DNA of 63,933 nt, filler included, from Octopus bimaculoides (GCF_001194135.2; 6 parts of 6 records of this genome joined end to end with filler, not necessarily neighbours in it); one strand, 5' to 3'; positions 39,420 to 51,024 are shown, counted from the first letter of the whole stretch. A program made the numbers and translations. The notes: generated from the sequence alone by a model not told the origin.

Positions 39420-40110
39420 TTATGCCAACGGGTAAATGTTGTGTATAGAATACAACGTAACAAATGCAACAAGTTCTATGTGGGTAGCACAACAAGGCCG
39501 TTACACGTCCGCATCAAAGAACATCTGAACACAAGAGCCTCCTCCTTCAGAAAACATTTAGACAAATGCCGGAACACTGACAAAGGCATAACAGTGACAA
39601 TTGAGGCCAATGAAAGAAATTTAGGTAATTTAAGAATTAAGGAAGCTATACTCATATACAGACTAGGACCCCAAATTAACAACACGCTGGAGATTGGTAA
39701 TCAATATATTATTTAGCTACATCTGGATGTGTGTAGGTTAATTCTTAATAACATGCTCATGTATTGTTTATAACAAAAAAAAAAGAGAAGCTGCACGTAT
39801 AACACATAACTTAGAAGCAGCGCCACAGATGTACCAACACACACGAGATTGAAACATAGCCGACCTCACGCACTTCTCATCAGGAATTCCAGAAGAAGCT
39901 TTGTGAGACCACTACTGAGACACTTCCAAAGAAAGAAAACCGTTGGAAAACAGTTTATAGCAGAGACTCCATCTAAGAAGATCTGAAGAAGGAACTGTAA
40001 TTCCGAAATATCATTGGACTATAGATAACCAAATTACAACATGTATATAGTCCATTTTTGGTTTTATAGTGCATTGTTGTACCATTCAAAACTTTTTATT
40101 CTTTACTAAT
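39420..40110 (+). mobile_element. Penelope-like element 3' part: GIY-YIG endonuclease domain plus HHR-bearing 3' region
   Basis: VVYRIQRNKCNKFYVGSTTRPLHVRIKEH...IKEAILI...PQIN is the PLE-type GIY-YIG signature; a hammerhead core follows ~270 nt after the stop. Confidence 0.85.
39980..40018 (+). ncRNA. Minimal type I hammerhead ribozyme motif (PLE-associated)
   Basis: CTGAAGA(39983)-A-GGAA ctgtaa TTCC-GAAA-TATC; palindromic AUAU in place of stem III; predicted cut after AUC (40012); stem I imperfect. Confidence 0.6.
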
Positions 40111-40404
40111 AATAATAATAATAACACATCATATATTTTCCACAAGGGCAAAGGATGAGGGGGACAATAAAATGTGGGGGTTTACAAATAATGAAATAAA
40201 ACAAAAAAATGAAAGAAAGTATACAGAGTAGACACTGAAAAAAAGGGACCTATGCATAGCATACAAAGGTAAAAAAAGGGGGGGAGCAGGTAAAATGACA
40301 GAAATGTGGCCCTCCTGATACAGAAAGGTCTCTAAGAATAATCAAGGAAATCCACTGTCTGAGATTTCCCTAAAACCCCTCTCCAATTCCTTCTCTCCAA
40401 CTCA

Positions 40405-40905
40405 CAGGTCAACACTGAGAGAGGTGCCATCCACCATCCACTCTTACCATTTTCACAACTTTCACCCACCTTTGAATAAACACATTCAAGGACAGCACTT
40501 CCCTCTCCACTCTCAATAACTTTTTCAAGAGAAACTTGAAGAAGTCAATGACAGTTCTATCAAAGAGGTATGTATCATGCTTCCAGCCTTGTCCACTAAG
40601 CAACCGCTTTTGCCATAGCCACCGGGCAAAGGAAAACTGCCTTGCCTGCCTGACTGAAGGAGGACAATGATACAATCATCACTACAGACTAGGCCAACAG
40701 ACTAATCCATCTCACACATGACAGCAACTGTTCAACATAAGCCCACGAGTCAACAATGCCTGGACACTGAACAAAGGCATGCAGAATGGTTTTGTCATAC
40801 TGCACGCACCTCAGACAAGCCCATTCGACAGCACATCCAAGCTTCTAGAGTTTATCTCAAACTGGTAGCACCCCTACCCCAGTACCACTGCCAGGCCAAA
40901 TAACA
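40405..40905 (-). mobile_element. L1/Tx1-like ORF2 C-terminal remnant with CCHC-knuckle residues
   Basis: ..KTILHAFVQCPG.. followed by AMAKAVA*WTRL and RVEREVL...FIQRW; homologous to 744-968. Confidence 0.65.
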
Positions 40906-40912
40906 ATAATAA

Positions 40913-41618
40913 AGTCTTGGTATAAAAAGATGGGCTACAGCAAATATTCTGCTCAGTATCACAGATTTGCTTGTCAGTTGTTTGACCTTAACCAGTTGAG
41001 CACGTCCCTTGGTGGCTGACGATATGTGCATCTCTGATCATGAGCAGAAGTAGTGGGAGAACACCATAGCCATGTGTTGAGAGGAATTCTTTGGGGTTTG
41101 AATAATTCACATCTGGAAACATGGGTGTTTTGCACAACATCCGTAAACAAACCTTATTCAAGGACCTTTTGAGTGGGATGGGCTATTCGACCTGAAGAAA
41201 ATTCTAACTGGGCCCCCACCTGCAAGGTCATTTGCTGTTTATCTTGATATAAGATCATCATGTCACATGCATATGGTTGTAATGCATGTGCCTGGAGTAC
41301 CCTTATCAGACGGGTAGTCATGAGGGGTATATTGGGCTTCGTATATTTTACCCCAGTGTCACTTTGATGGTATGTGCTGCTCTTTCAGTCAATAATAATA
41401 AAAATAATAATAATAATAAATGCCCTGATGCAGCACCAGGTAATGGCTCTCATGGCTTCTGGTCTTAATTGATTGGAAGTGTTATCATGCACATTGTTTT
41501 GTCTTGGTATAAAAAATGAGCTACAGCAAATATTCTGCTCAATACCAAAGATTTTCTTGTCAATTTTTTTACCTTAACCAGTTGAGCGTCCCTTAGTGTC
41601 TGACAATATGTGCATCTC
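40913..41618. mobile_element. Two overlapping partial copies of a non-coding interspersed element bounded by (AAT)n
   Basis: gtcttggtataaaaa..gctacagcaaatattctgctca...gtgcatctc occurs at ~40916-41036 and ~41500-41618; AAT tracts at 40900 and 41391-41418. Confidence 0.6.
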
Positions 41619-41621
41619 AGA

Positions 41622-42703
41622 ACTTATTATTATTTCAAATTTTTGCCACAAGGACAGTTTGAGAGAGGTGGGGATGAGTCGATTACATTGACCCCAGTGT
41701 TCAACTAGTACTTATTTTATCCACCCTGAAAGAATGAAAGGTAAAGTCGACCTCAGTGGAATTTGAACTCAGAACATAGCAATGGGCAAAATACCACAAA
41801 GCATTTCGTCCAGCGTGCTAACGATTCTGCCAGCAATCTTTTCTACTATAGACACAAGGCCTGAAACTTTAAGGGAGGGGTTAAATCAACTCCATCGATC
41901 CCCAGTACTCAACTGGTACTTAATTTATCCACCCTGAAAGGATGAAAGGCAAAGTTGACCTAGGTGGGATTTGAACTCAGAATGTAAAGATAGACAAAAT
42001 GTCACTAAGTATTTTTCCTGGCATGCTAACGGTTCTCCCAGCTCAATAATATAATAGTAATCCTTTCTACTAAAGGCACAAGGCTTCAAATTTGGGAGAG
42101 GGGGATAGTTGATTACATCGATCCCAGTACACAACTGGTACTTAATCTATTGACCCCAGAAGGATGAACGGCAAAATCTAGCTCACTGGAATTTGAACTC
42201 AGAACATAAAGATAAATGAAACACTGCAAAGCATTTTGCCTGGTGTGCTAATGATTCTGCCAGCTCAGCACAAGGCCAGCGCATTCAGGAGAGCAGGTAA
42301 GTCAATTATATTGACCCCCATTGTTCAACTGGTACTTTTTTTATTGTCTTGGAAAAGATGACAAACAAAGTCAACCTCAGTGGAATTTGAACTCGGAACT
42401 TAAAAACGGATGAAATGCCACAAAGCATTTTGCCCCCTGTGCTAACAATTCTGTTAGTTCACCTCCAATCAAAATAATAATAATGATAATCCACTCTACT
42501 ATAGGCACAAGGCCTGGAATTTTGTGGGAGGGGGCTAAGGGATTACCTCGACCCCAGGGCTTGACTGGTACTTCTTTTATCAACCCCCAAAAGGATAAAA
42601 AGCAAAGTTGACCTTGGCGGAATTTAAACTCAGAATGTAAAGATGAATGGAATACCACTGAACATTTCACCTGGACTGCTAACAATTCTGCCAGCTCATT
42701 GCT

Positions 42704-42705
<2 letters not shown>
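41622..42705 (-). mobile_element. Five head-to-tail copies of tRNA-derived SINE family C
   Basis: Each carries ggaatttgaactcagaac (B-box complement) and atcgaccccag..aactggtactt. Dispersed copies at 36392-36538(+), 38400-38600, 39310-39412, 45495-45705, 57130-57300, 57345-57543 and 57835-57992(-). The core gcctttcatcctttcggggtcgataaattaagtaccag resembles the Meta-type SINE domain (recalled). Confidence 0.85.
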
Positions 42706-42742
<37 letters not shown>

Positions 42743-42850
42743 GTAATAATAATACTGACTACAATAATCCTAAACATCCTCATTTAAATTTTAACAGCTA
42801 CTTTGAATAAAAAATTTAAACAATAGTGAAAGAAATTATGTAATACTTAC

Positions 42851-42870
42851 CAACTCTGACATGATTCCAG
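42851..42870 (-). CDS. Candidate 20-nt start exon encoding MSEL; unverified
   Basis: (CT)n tract + CAG acceptor, gaatcATG at 42862, perfect TTG|GTAAGTA donor. Confidence 0.25.
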
Positions 42871-43706
42871 CTGACAGATTCGGTGAATAGAAGAGAGAGA
42901 GAGAGAGAGAGAGAAAGAAGGGAGAGAGAGAGAAGGTGAGAGTCAGACAGATTGGTTTCTAGCTTGAAAGTTATCTGCTTCCAGTCTTATGTATGAGCTG
43001 TCAGAAAGACAAATATTCCATATTGTTTGTCTGCTGTTCTGCTATGATACTATGTCGTCGAAATTTTCCATTTGCTGTCATCACTTTTGATTACCTATCA
43101 TATATGATCAGATTTATTTCTGCAATATGGTGTCTTGATAATAACAAATAAATTATAAGTCTTTATATTCGAATTTGCATACTTTCATAGAAGAGAAGCT
43201 TGCTTCAGGATGTAAGTGATATGAAAATTAGCTAGCAGCATCAGTTTCTCAGAGGCAACGCTAACCAAAATTTGATAGAATATTTATATCAGAATCAATA
43301 CTTTTATCTATTTCTGTTTCAGTCACTGGACTGTGACCATGCAGGGGCACTGCCATGAAGTGTTTACTCAAGCAAATCAACCCCAGTACTTACTATTTCT
43401 GTGAGCCTGATACTTATTCTTTCAGTCTCTTTTTGCAAAATCGTGAAGTTAGAGGGGTCAAAAACAAACCAACACCGGTTGTCAAGTGGTCGTGGGGTAC
43501 AATCACAAATGCAAAGTCACACACATAGATATATATATACATACGATGGGCTTGTTTCAATTTGCATGTACAAAATTCGCTCACAGGGCTTTAGTTAATC
43601 TGGAGGCTATAGTATATATATATTGTACATTCGGCCCAAGGTACCATGCAGTGGGACTGAATCTGGAACTATGTGGTTGGGAAGTAAACTTCTTCCTACA
43701 CAGCCA

Positions 43707-44074
43707 TGTTGGCACTCCGTCGCTTTACGACGTCGAGGGTTCCAGTTGATCCGATCAACGGAACAGCCTGCTCGTGAAATTAACGTGCAAGTGGCTGAGC
43801 ACACCACAGACACGTGTACCCTTAACGTAGTCCACGGGGATATTCAGCGTGACACAGATTGTGACAAGGCTGACCCTTTGAATTACACGCACAACAGAAA
43901 CAGGAAGTAAGAGTGAGAGAAAGTTGTGGGTTCGTCACCATCCCCTGCCGGAGCCTCATGGAGCTGTAGGTGTTTTCGCTCAATAAACACTCACAACGCC
44001 TGGTCTTGGAATCGAAACCGCGATCCTATGACCACGAGTCCACTGCCCTAACCACTGGGCCATTGCGCCTCCAC
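43707..44074 (-). mobile_element. Full-length SINE family A inserted at the head of a family B SINE
   Basis: Complete head to tail; GGCTGTGT is present on both sides. Confidence 0.9.
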
Positions 44075-44384
44075 ACACAGCCTTACCTGTAAGGAAAAGA
44101 AATACATCAATCCTGATGTTTACCGAACATAGAAAATAACATTCTTGATTTCCATTCAATTTGATTTCAATTGGACAATTAGTTGGAGACATTTAGAAAA
44201 TAGATAAAGATTGCATATATTAATTAGATTTATAGGCATTGTGGGGCTTTTGTTGTTATGGTGGGGTGGTAAGTAACGTTTTGGCACAGTCGTTTTGGCG
44301 TCACTTATTTGGCATCGCTGACCCACTATTAACTTATTTGATGTGAGATGTTCAAATGTTTCTATCATTTTCCTCTGTGTGTGT

Positions 44385-45230
44385 GTTTATGTGTGCGACC
44401 ATATTTCTCTTTATGTGTCTGAAGAGAGGGGAAAGAGTTTACGTGCGTTTATGTTCAATTAATAAACTGCAATCACCCCTCTCTTTCTCTCTCTTCTCCT
44501 CTCGCTCCCCTTTTTTCTCTTGCCTCTCTCCCTCTCTTCCTCCCTCTCTCTCTCTCTCTTTCTTCTTATGTGTGTGAGCATATTTTTGTGTGTTTAAGGA
44601 GAGGGGTAAAGTGTTTATGCCAATAAATTGTATCTTCTCTCTCTCCTCCTCTCCCCGCTCCCCCTCCCTATCATTCCCTTTTCCTTCTCTTCTCCACTCC
44701 CTCTCTCCCTCTCTCCTCACATCTTTCTCTCTCTGTTGATGTATGTGTGACCATATTTCCCTCTGTGTCTGAGGAGAGGAGAAAGAGTTTACGCCAATCA
44801 TGTTTAATCAACAAACTATAATGTTTTTTTCTCTCTAACTCACTCACTCTCTCTCTCTCTCTCTCTTCCTCTTTCTCTCCTTGTTTTTCTCCCCTTTTCT
44901 CCCTTTCCTCTTCTTTCTCTTTATCTGACTGAGCATTTTCTCTTGATGTGTCGGAGGAGAGAAAAAATATTTATGCCAATCATGTTCACTTAGTAAATTG
45001 TAATACCCCTCTCTCTCTCTCTCTCTCTAGTCCTCGCTCTCTCCCTCTCTCGCTCTCTCTTTCTGTTTAGGTGCGTGATCACATCTCTCTCTCTCTGCAT
45101 ATGAGGAGAAGAAAATTGTTTATATCAATTAAATTCAATTAGCAAATTCTAATGTGTCTCTCTGCCAATCTTTTTCTTTTTCCTTCTCTCTTTTCTCTCT
45201 CCCTCCTTTCTCTTAATCTCTCTCTCTCTA

Positions 45231-45267
<37 letters not shown>

Positions 45268-45310
45268 CTCTCTCTCTCTCTCTCCCTCTCTGCTTATGTG
45301 TGTGAACATC
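44385..45310 (+). repeat. Diverged satellite: ~80-bp conserved block plus CT-rich spacer, five units and a partial, period ~145-225 bp
   Basis: tgtgtgaccatattt..tgtgtctgaggagagg.gaaagagtttatgccaat..aaactgtaat recurs at ~44388, 44569, 44741, 44923 and 45069. Confidence 0.75.
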
Positions 45311-45744
45311 TAGTTATTCTTGAATGTGTAATGCCTTTGTCTGTCTGTCTCTCCCTACCTCTCAGTCATGTATATCTCTTCATGCACATGTGTGTATGGG
45401 TGCATATATATGTTTGCCTCCAGTGCCAAAAAGTACCATCCTAAAAACAGGTTGAATGTTCAAACAGCTGGGTTAAATAATCAGTCCAAACAGCAGTACC
45501 CAACTTCAAATTTTGGCACAAGGCCAGCAATTTTGGAGAGGGGGATAAGCAATTACATCGACCCCAGTAATCTACTGGTACTTATTTTATTGATCACAAA
45601 AGGATGAGAAGTAAGGTCAACCTAGGCAGAATTTGAACTCAGAACATAAAGATGGACAAAATGCTTCGAAGCATTTTGCCCAGCATGCTAACAATTGCAC
45701 CAACACTCACCTTAAAAATAATAATAATAATAATAATAACAATA

Positions 45745-46228
45745 ATAGAAAATGAGAAAGCAACCATACTCTGGGATATGCCAATACACACAGATAGAGA
45801 AATTAAGGCAAATAGACCAGATATAGTTGTCAAAGATCATGAAGAAAAAAAATGCTTTTTAATTGATGTATCAATACCAGCAGATGACAACGTTTCCCTA
45901 AAAGAAATAGAAAAACTTTCAAAATACAAAGACCTGGAAATAGAGGTAACTCGAATGTGGAATCTAAAAACAGAAACAATTCCTATCATAGTAGGTGCCT
46001 TAGGTATAATAAAAAAATATTCAGACAAATACATAACAAAAACACCAGGACTTACAAATATATATAACATACAGAAAATTGCACTACTGGGCACTGCACA
46101 CATCCTATGCAAAACACTTTCAATACAGTAACCATAAGAGCATCACAGCAAACCACAGCACATACCCAAGGCGCACAGAGCTGCGCTCAGTAGTGAAGTG
46201 AAAGCACGTTATAAAAATAAAACTACTG
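45745..46228 (+). mobile_element. R4/Dong-like RLE 3' fragment between (AAT)n tracts; diverged paralog at 46290-46532
   Basis: Open RLE domain IENEKATILWDMPIHTDREIKANRPDIVVKD...KTLSIQ, then a ~100-nt 3' UTR ending aaaactactgAATAATAAT. Confidence 0.9.
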
Positions 46229-46569
46229 AATAATAATAATAATAATAATAACAATAATAATAATAATAATAACAATAATAATAATAATAATAGGTGCATT
46301 AAGTAGGATTCAAAAACATTCAGACAAATATAACCAAAGCATCAGGATTATAACATTCAGAATATCTATAACACAGAAAATAACACTCCTAGGCACCGCA
46401 CACATCCTACATAAAGCACTTTCAGAACAGTGAAAATTAGAGCACCACAATAAACCAGAATGCATACCCAAGGCACACAGAGCTGCACTCGGTAGTGCAG
46501 TGAAAGCACATGACAAAAATAAGACTACTGAATAATAATAATAACAATTATAATAATTAACAGTTTGAA

Positions 46570-46604
<35 letters not shown>

Positions 46605-47479
46605 ACATGGAGAGAGTTTACAGGCAAAGTTATCTGATTTAGAATGTCTTAAGTTGATGGAATATTGGTGGAATACGTGACAAGAAACAGGAAACAACAA
46701 CTGTTCACTAATTTCTTCAACGGCCATAAAATATATATAGAAGAGTTTGGCTACAAACCATTGATTGTGTGTACATGTGTGTGTGTGTGTATGAGTATGT
46801 GTATGTATGTGTGGGTGGGTGTATATATGTGAGTGTGTGGCTGTGAGTTTGTCGGTGTGTGTATGTGTGCATGTGAGTGTGCATATGTGTATACATGTGG
46901 ATGCGTGTAAGTGCATGTAGGTATTTATGTGTGTGCGTATATGTAGGCATGTATATGTGTGTATGGCGTTGGACGTTTGTGCATGTATATGCGTATGGAT
47001 TTTGTGTATGTGTATATGAGTATAAATATATATATATATATATGTATGTGAATTCAAGGATGTACATGCTTATAAGCACAGACATTCACAGACACACAGA
47101 AGCATATATATATATATATATATATATATGCACCTAAGTATGTACACATGCATTTTCATGTCAGTTAATATGTGTGTGTGTATGTGTGTGTGTATGTATG
47201 TATGTATATGAAATTTTATATATATATACAAAACGTGTGTGTGTGTGTGTGTGAATATAGGCATAGAAGAAGATTTATAATAAAACTAGAGACACAAACT
47301 AGAAATCAACCATTTTACTGATAGACTCCTGTCAGAGTAATTAATACGTTTAACAGAAATTATGGGGAATATAAATCATGTGAAAACATCCTGCTGAGAA
47401 TGTAAACATATGTACGAATCAATACCGGCGTGTACATGCATCCATACATACATGCAACCATTCATATATATATATATCA

Positions 47480-47832
47480 TCAGCATCATTGTCATCATTT
47501 AACGTCCGCTCTCCATGCTAGCATGGGTTGGACGATTTGACCAGTGAAACCGGATGGCTACACCAGGCTCCAATCTGATTTGGCAGAGTTTCTACAGCTG
47601 GATTCCCTTCCTAACGCCAACCACTCAGAGAGTGTAGTGGGTGCTTTTACGTATATATGTATATCATCATCATCATCATCATCGTTTAACGTCCGCTTTC
47701 CATGCTAGCATGGGTTGGACGATTTGACTGAGGACTGGTGAAACCGGATGGCAACACCAGGCTCCAGTCTGATTTGGCAGAGTTTCTACAGCTGGATGCC
47801 CTTCCTAACGCCAACCACTCAGAGAGTGTAGT
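47480..47832 (-). mobile_element. Two tandem copies of a retroposon 3' end with a (GAT)n tail; relative at 33890-34040
   Basis: ..gttggcgttaggaagggcatccagctgtagaaactctgcc...ggacgttaaacgatgatgatg is repeated. Confidence 0.8.
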
Positions 47833-48599
47833 NNNNNNNNNNNNNNNNNNNNNNNNNNNNNNNNNNNNNNNNNNNNTTAATTAATTAANNNNNNNNNNNN
47901 NNNNNNNNNNNNNNNNNNNNNNNNNNNNNNNNTGGTGTTAGTGGAAGTGATATCGATGGTGGTGGTGGTGGTGGTGGTGGTGGTGGCGGCGGCGCCGGTG
48001 GCAGTGGAGGTATGGTGGTGATGGGGGTGCTAGTTGTGGTGGTAGTGGTGGCTGTGGTGATGACGTTGGAAGGGATCGGTGTTGATGACGACGGCAGAGG
48101 TTAGAATACTCTAACATGTTCAGCCCTAGGTTGCCCGTCCTCCAGCAGATTCCTGATCAAAGCTGTCCCAACCACGACCGTCCCATCTTTTATTCAGGCA
48201 CAGTGTATAAATAATTATTAATTGTTTATGATATATCCTCCGTAATGAATATATCAATGGCCAAATATGTTATCATAAAATACAGAGCAGAAGAATGTTT
48301 ATAATTATGAACAAGTCACAGTTATTACCAAGAGGGTTTCGAAAACCCTCACATGTTTAGAAATAGCAGTCAAAACTGCTATAACAGACAAGTGATCTAA
48401 ATTTGTTTCGAAGTGACTCAGATATATGGTGCTGATGATTTGAAACAACAACGAAATATTGATATCCACTGTTCTCGCTCACCTACGGGGCAATTCGTTT
48501 CACCTCTTTTTGAGGTATTTAGTGTTTCTCCACACTCAGCATCTTAAAGGGACTTTTCCCTGGACATATTCCCACAGTCAATAAACATATAAACCAATA

Positions 48600-49285
48600 T
48601 AGAAATAATACATTTCTAAATCTCTCAGAAAGATTTGTGCAGTAGTGATACGATGAAGTAGTTGTATGCTGTCAACTTAATGTGACAGTCCCCTGAAGGG
48701 AATAGTACTACTGTTGGTTAGACCTAGGAAGCTGCATTGCTTCCTGTCGGCCTTGACACATTTCCTGTGTCCTTATGTTTACAAGGGAGAGAAGCACCTC
48801 CAGCCAGCTAAGCCTGCATCCAGAGACATGTTTCTGAGTCTTTGCTCGTCATCAGTCTGGAGTAGCATGACCTGCTTATCGAAGATGCCCGTCAAGCCCT
48901 TGTAAACATATAATAATTCTAGTGAAATGCATTCACTGATTTCAAATTTAGAAATAATACATTTCTAAATCTCTCAGATTTATGCAGTAGTGATATGATG
49001 AAGTAGTTGTATGCTGTCAACTTAATGTGACAGTTCCCTGAAGGGAATAATACTACTGTTGGTTGGACCTAGGAAGCTGCACCTCTTCCTGTCGGCTTTG
49101 ACACATTCCCTGTGTCCTTATGTTTACAAGGGATGGAGGTGCTTGTCTCCCCTCTTGTAAACATAAGGACACAGGAAATGTGTCAAGGCCGACAAGAATC
49201 AATGCAGCTTCCTAGGTCTAACCAACAGTTGTATTATTCCCTTCAGGGGACTGTCACATTAAGTTGACAGCATAAACTACTTCAT
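48600..49285. mobile_element. Duplicated foldback element: ~135-bp arm at 48653-48787(+), 48998-49132(+) and 49154-49285(-)
   Basis: atgaagtagttgtatgctgtcaacttaatgtgacag...tatgtttacaaggg occurs three times; the ~50-bp left flank is also duplicated (offset 349). Confidence 0.85.
48819..48861 (-). ncRNA. Near-canonical minimal type I hammerhead ribozyme
   Basis: UCCAGA-CUGAUGA-C-GAG caaaga CUC-A-GAAAC AU GUC-UCUGGA: 6-bp stem I, intact core, palindromic ACAUGU stem III, GUC cleavage triplet. Confidence 0.75.
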
Positions 49286-49329
49286 ATAAGCCAATAGTTC
49301 TGAATCAGGGTCCATATGACCCCTAAGGA

Positions 49330-49608
49330 CAGGGGCGTAGCTAGGGCAGGGCAAGCAGGGCACACGCCCTGAGAGCCACTTTGAGGGGGGTGTAATTTTG
49401 GCCAAGATCATTTTCTAATTAAGCTATTGAAAAAAATTTTTAAACCTTTCCAGGCATGGTTTGTTCTGCTTATCGCCATCCACGCCACTAGACAGAATAG
49501 GTGTTCTTATTTGGCCTCACAAAATGCATGCGCTGCTTTTTGCTTGTGGATGGAGCGCAGTTTTGATGCTTGCCCTGGGCGCCATTTACCCTAACCCTAA
49601 CCCTGCCT
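49330..49608 (+). mobile_element. Possible MITE starting CAGGGGCGTAGCTAGG, with a degenerate right end
   Basis: Left end resembles hAT-type MITE termini (recalled); right end ..ccctgggcgccatttaccctaaccctaaccctg. Confidence 0.35.
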
Positions 49609-50153
49609 GGGGGTCCATATAAGATTTTCTTGTTAAGATTCAAGAGCAAAGACGCAGAAGTGGCTGTCTGGTAAGAAGTTTGCTTCCTAACCACATGGTT
49701 CCGGGTTCAGTCCGACTGCATGACACATTGAGGAAATGTCTTCTGTTATAACCTCGGGCCTATGATCGATATGATCGAATAATTTACTGGAAGCATTATC
49801 TTGGAAATTGAATGTAGTTGAATGATTGAAACTAATAAAAGAATTTGTGTGCATGTGTGTGCATGAACGTGTTTATTCATGCATGGACATGTATGTGTGC
49901 ATAAGTGTGTGTGTGCATGAGTGTGTGTGTACATTAGCGCATGCGAATGTGTGTATGCATGAGTTTGTGTATGTGCGTGTGTGCATGCAAGTGTGTATGC
50001 GTGAATCTGTGTATGTGTGCACCTATGAGTGTGTTTATGCATCAGTGTATATGCATGCATGTATGTGTGTGTCTATGTGCATGGATGTGTATGTGTGTAT
50101 GCATAAATGTGCGTGTATGCTTATGTATGTGAGTGTGCATGAATGTGTGTGTA

Positions 50154-50204
<51 letters not shown>

Positions 50205-50948
50205 GCTTATTCATATATCTACATATCCACATTTACAANNNNNNNNNNNNNNNNNNNNNNNNNNNNNNNNNNNNNNNNNNNNNNNNNNNNNNNNNNNNNN
50301 NNNNNNNNNNNNNNNNNNNNNNNNNNNNNNNNNNNNNNNNNNNNNNNNNNNNNNNNNNNNNNNNNNNNNNNNNNNNNNNNNNNNNNNNNNNNNNNNNNNN
50401 NNNNNNNNNNNNNNNNNNNNNNNNNNNNNNNNNNNNNNNNNNNNNNNNNNNNNNNNNNNNNNNNNNNNNNNNNNNNNNNNNNNNNNNNNNNNNNNNNNNN
50501 NNNNNNNNNNNNNNNNNNNNNNNNNNNNNNNNNNNNNNNNNNNNNNNNNNNNNNNNNNNNNNNNNNNNNNNNNNNNNNNNNNNNNNNNNNNNNNNNNNNN
50601 NNNNNNNNNNNNNNNNNNNNNNNNNNNNNNNNNNNNNNNNNNNNNNNNNNNNNNNNNNNNNNNNNNNNNNNNNNNNNNNNNNNNNNNNNNNNNNNNNNNN
50701 NNNNNNNNNNNNNNNNNNNNNNNNNNNNNNNNNNNNNNNNNNNNNNNNNNNNNNNNNNNNNNNNNNNNNNNNNNNNNNNNNNNNNNNNNNNNNNNNNNNN
50801 NNNNNNNNNNNNNNNNNNNNNNNNNNNNNNNNNNNNNNNNNNNNNNNNNNNNNNNNNNNNNNNNNNNNNNNNNNNNNNNNNNNNNNNNNNNNNNNNNNNN
50901 NNNNNNNNNNNNNNNNNNNNNNNNNNNNNNNNNNNNNNNNNNNNNNNN

Positions 50949-51016
<68 letters not shown>

Positions 51017-51024
51017 GTATGTAT

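Noticed and set aside
41290-41390. Twister/pistol-like words (TAAAATA, AAGCCC) on the minus strand
   Set aside because: The required P1 and pseudoknot topology could not be built.
44385-45310. CRISPR-like repeat-spacer appearance
   Set aside because: Repeats are long and diverged, spacers are CT microsatellite, there are no cas genes, and the context is eukaryotic.
48483-48545. Minus-strand exon-like piece (DAECGETLNTSKRGETNCPV) with a GTGAGC donor
   Set aside because: Weak acceptor and no linked exons; the CUB-like resemblance is too slight.
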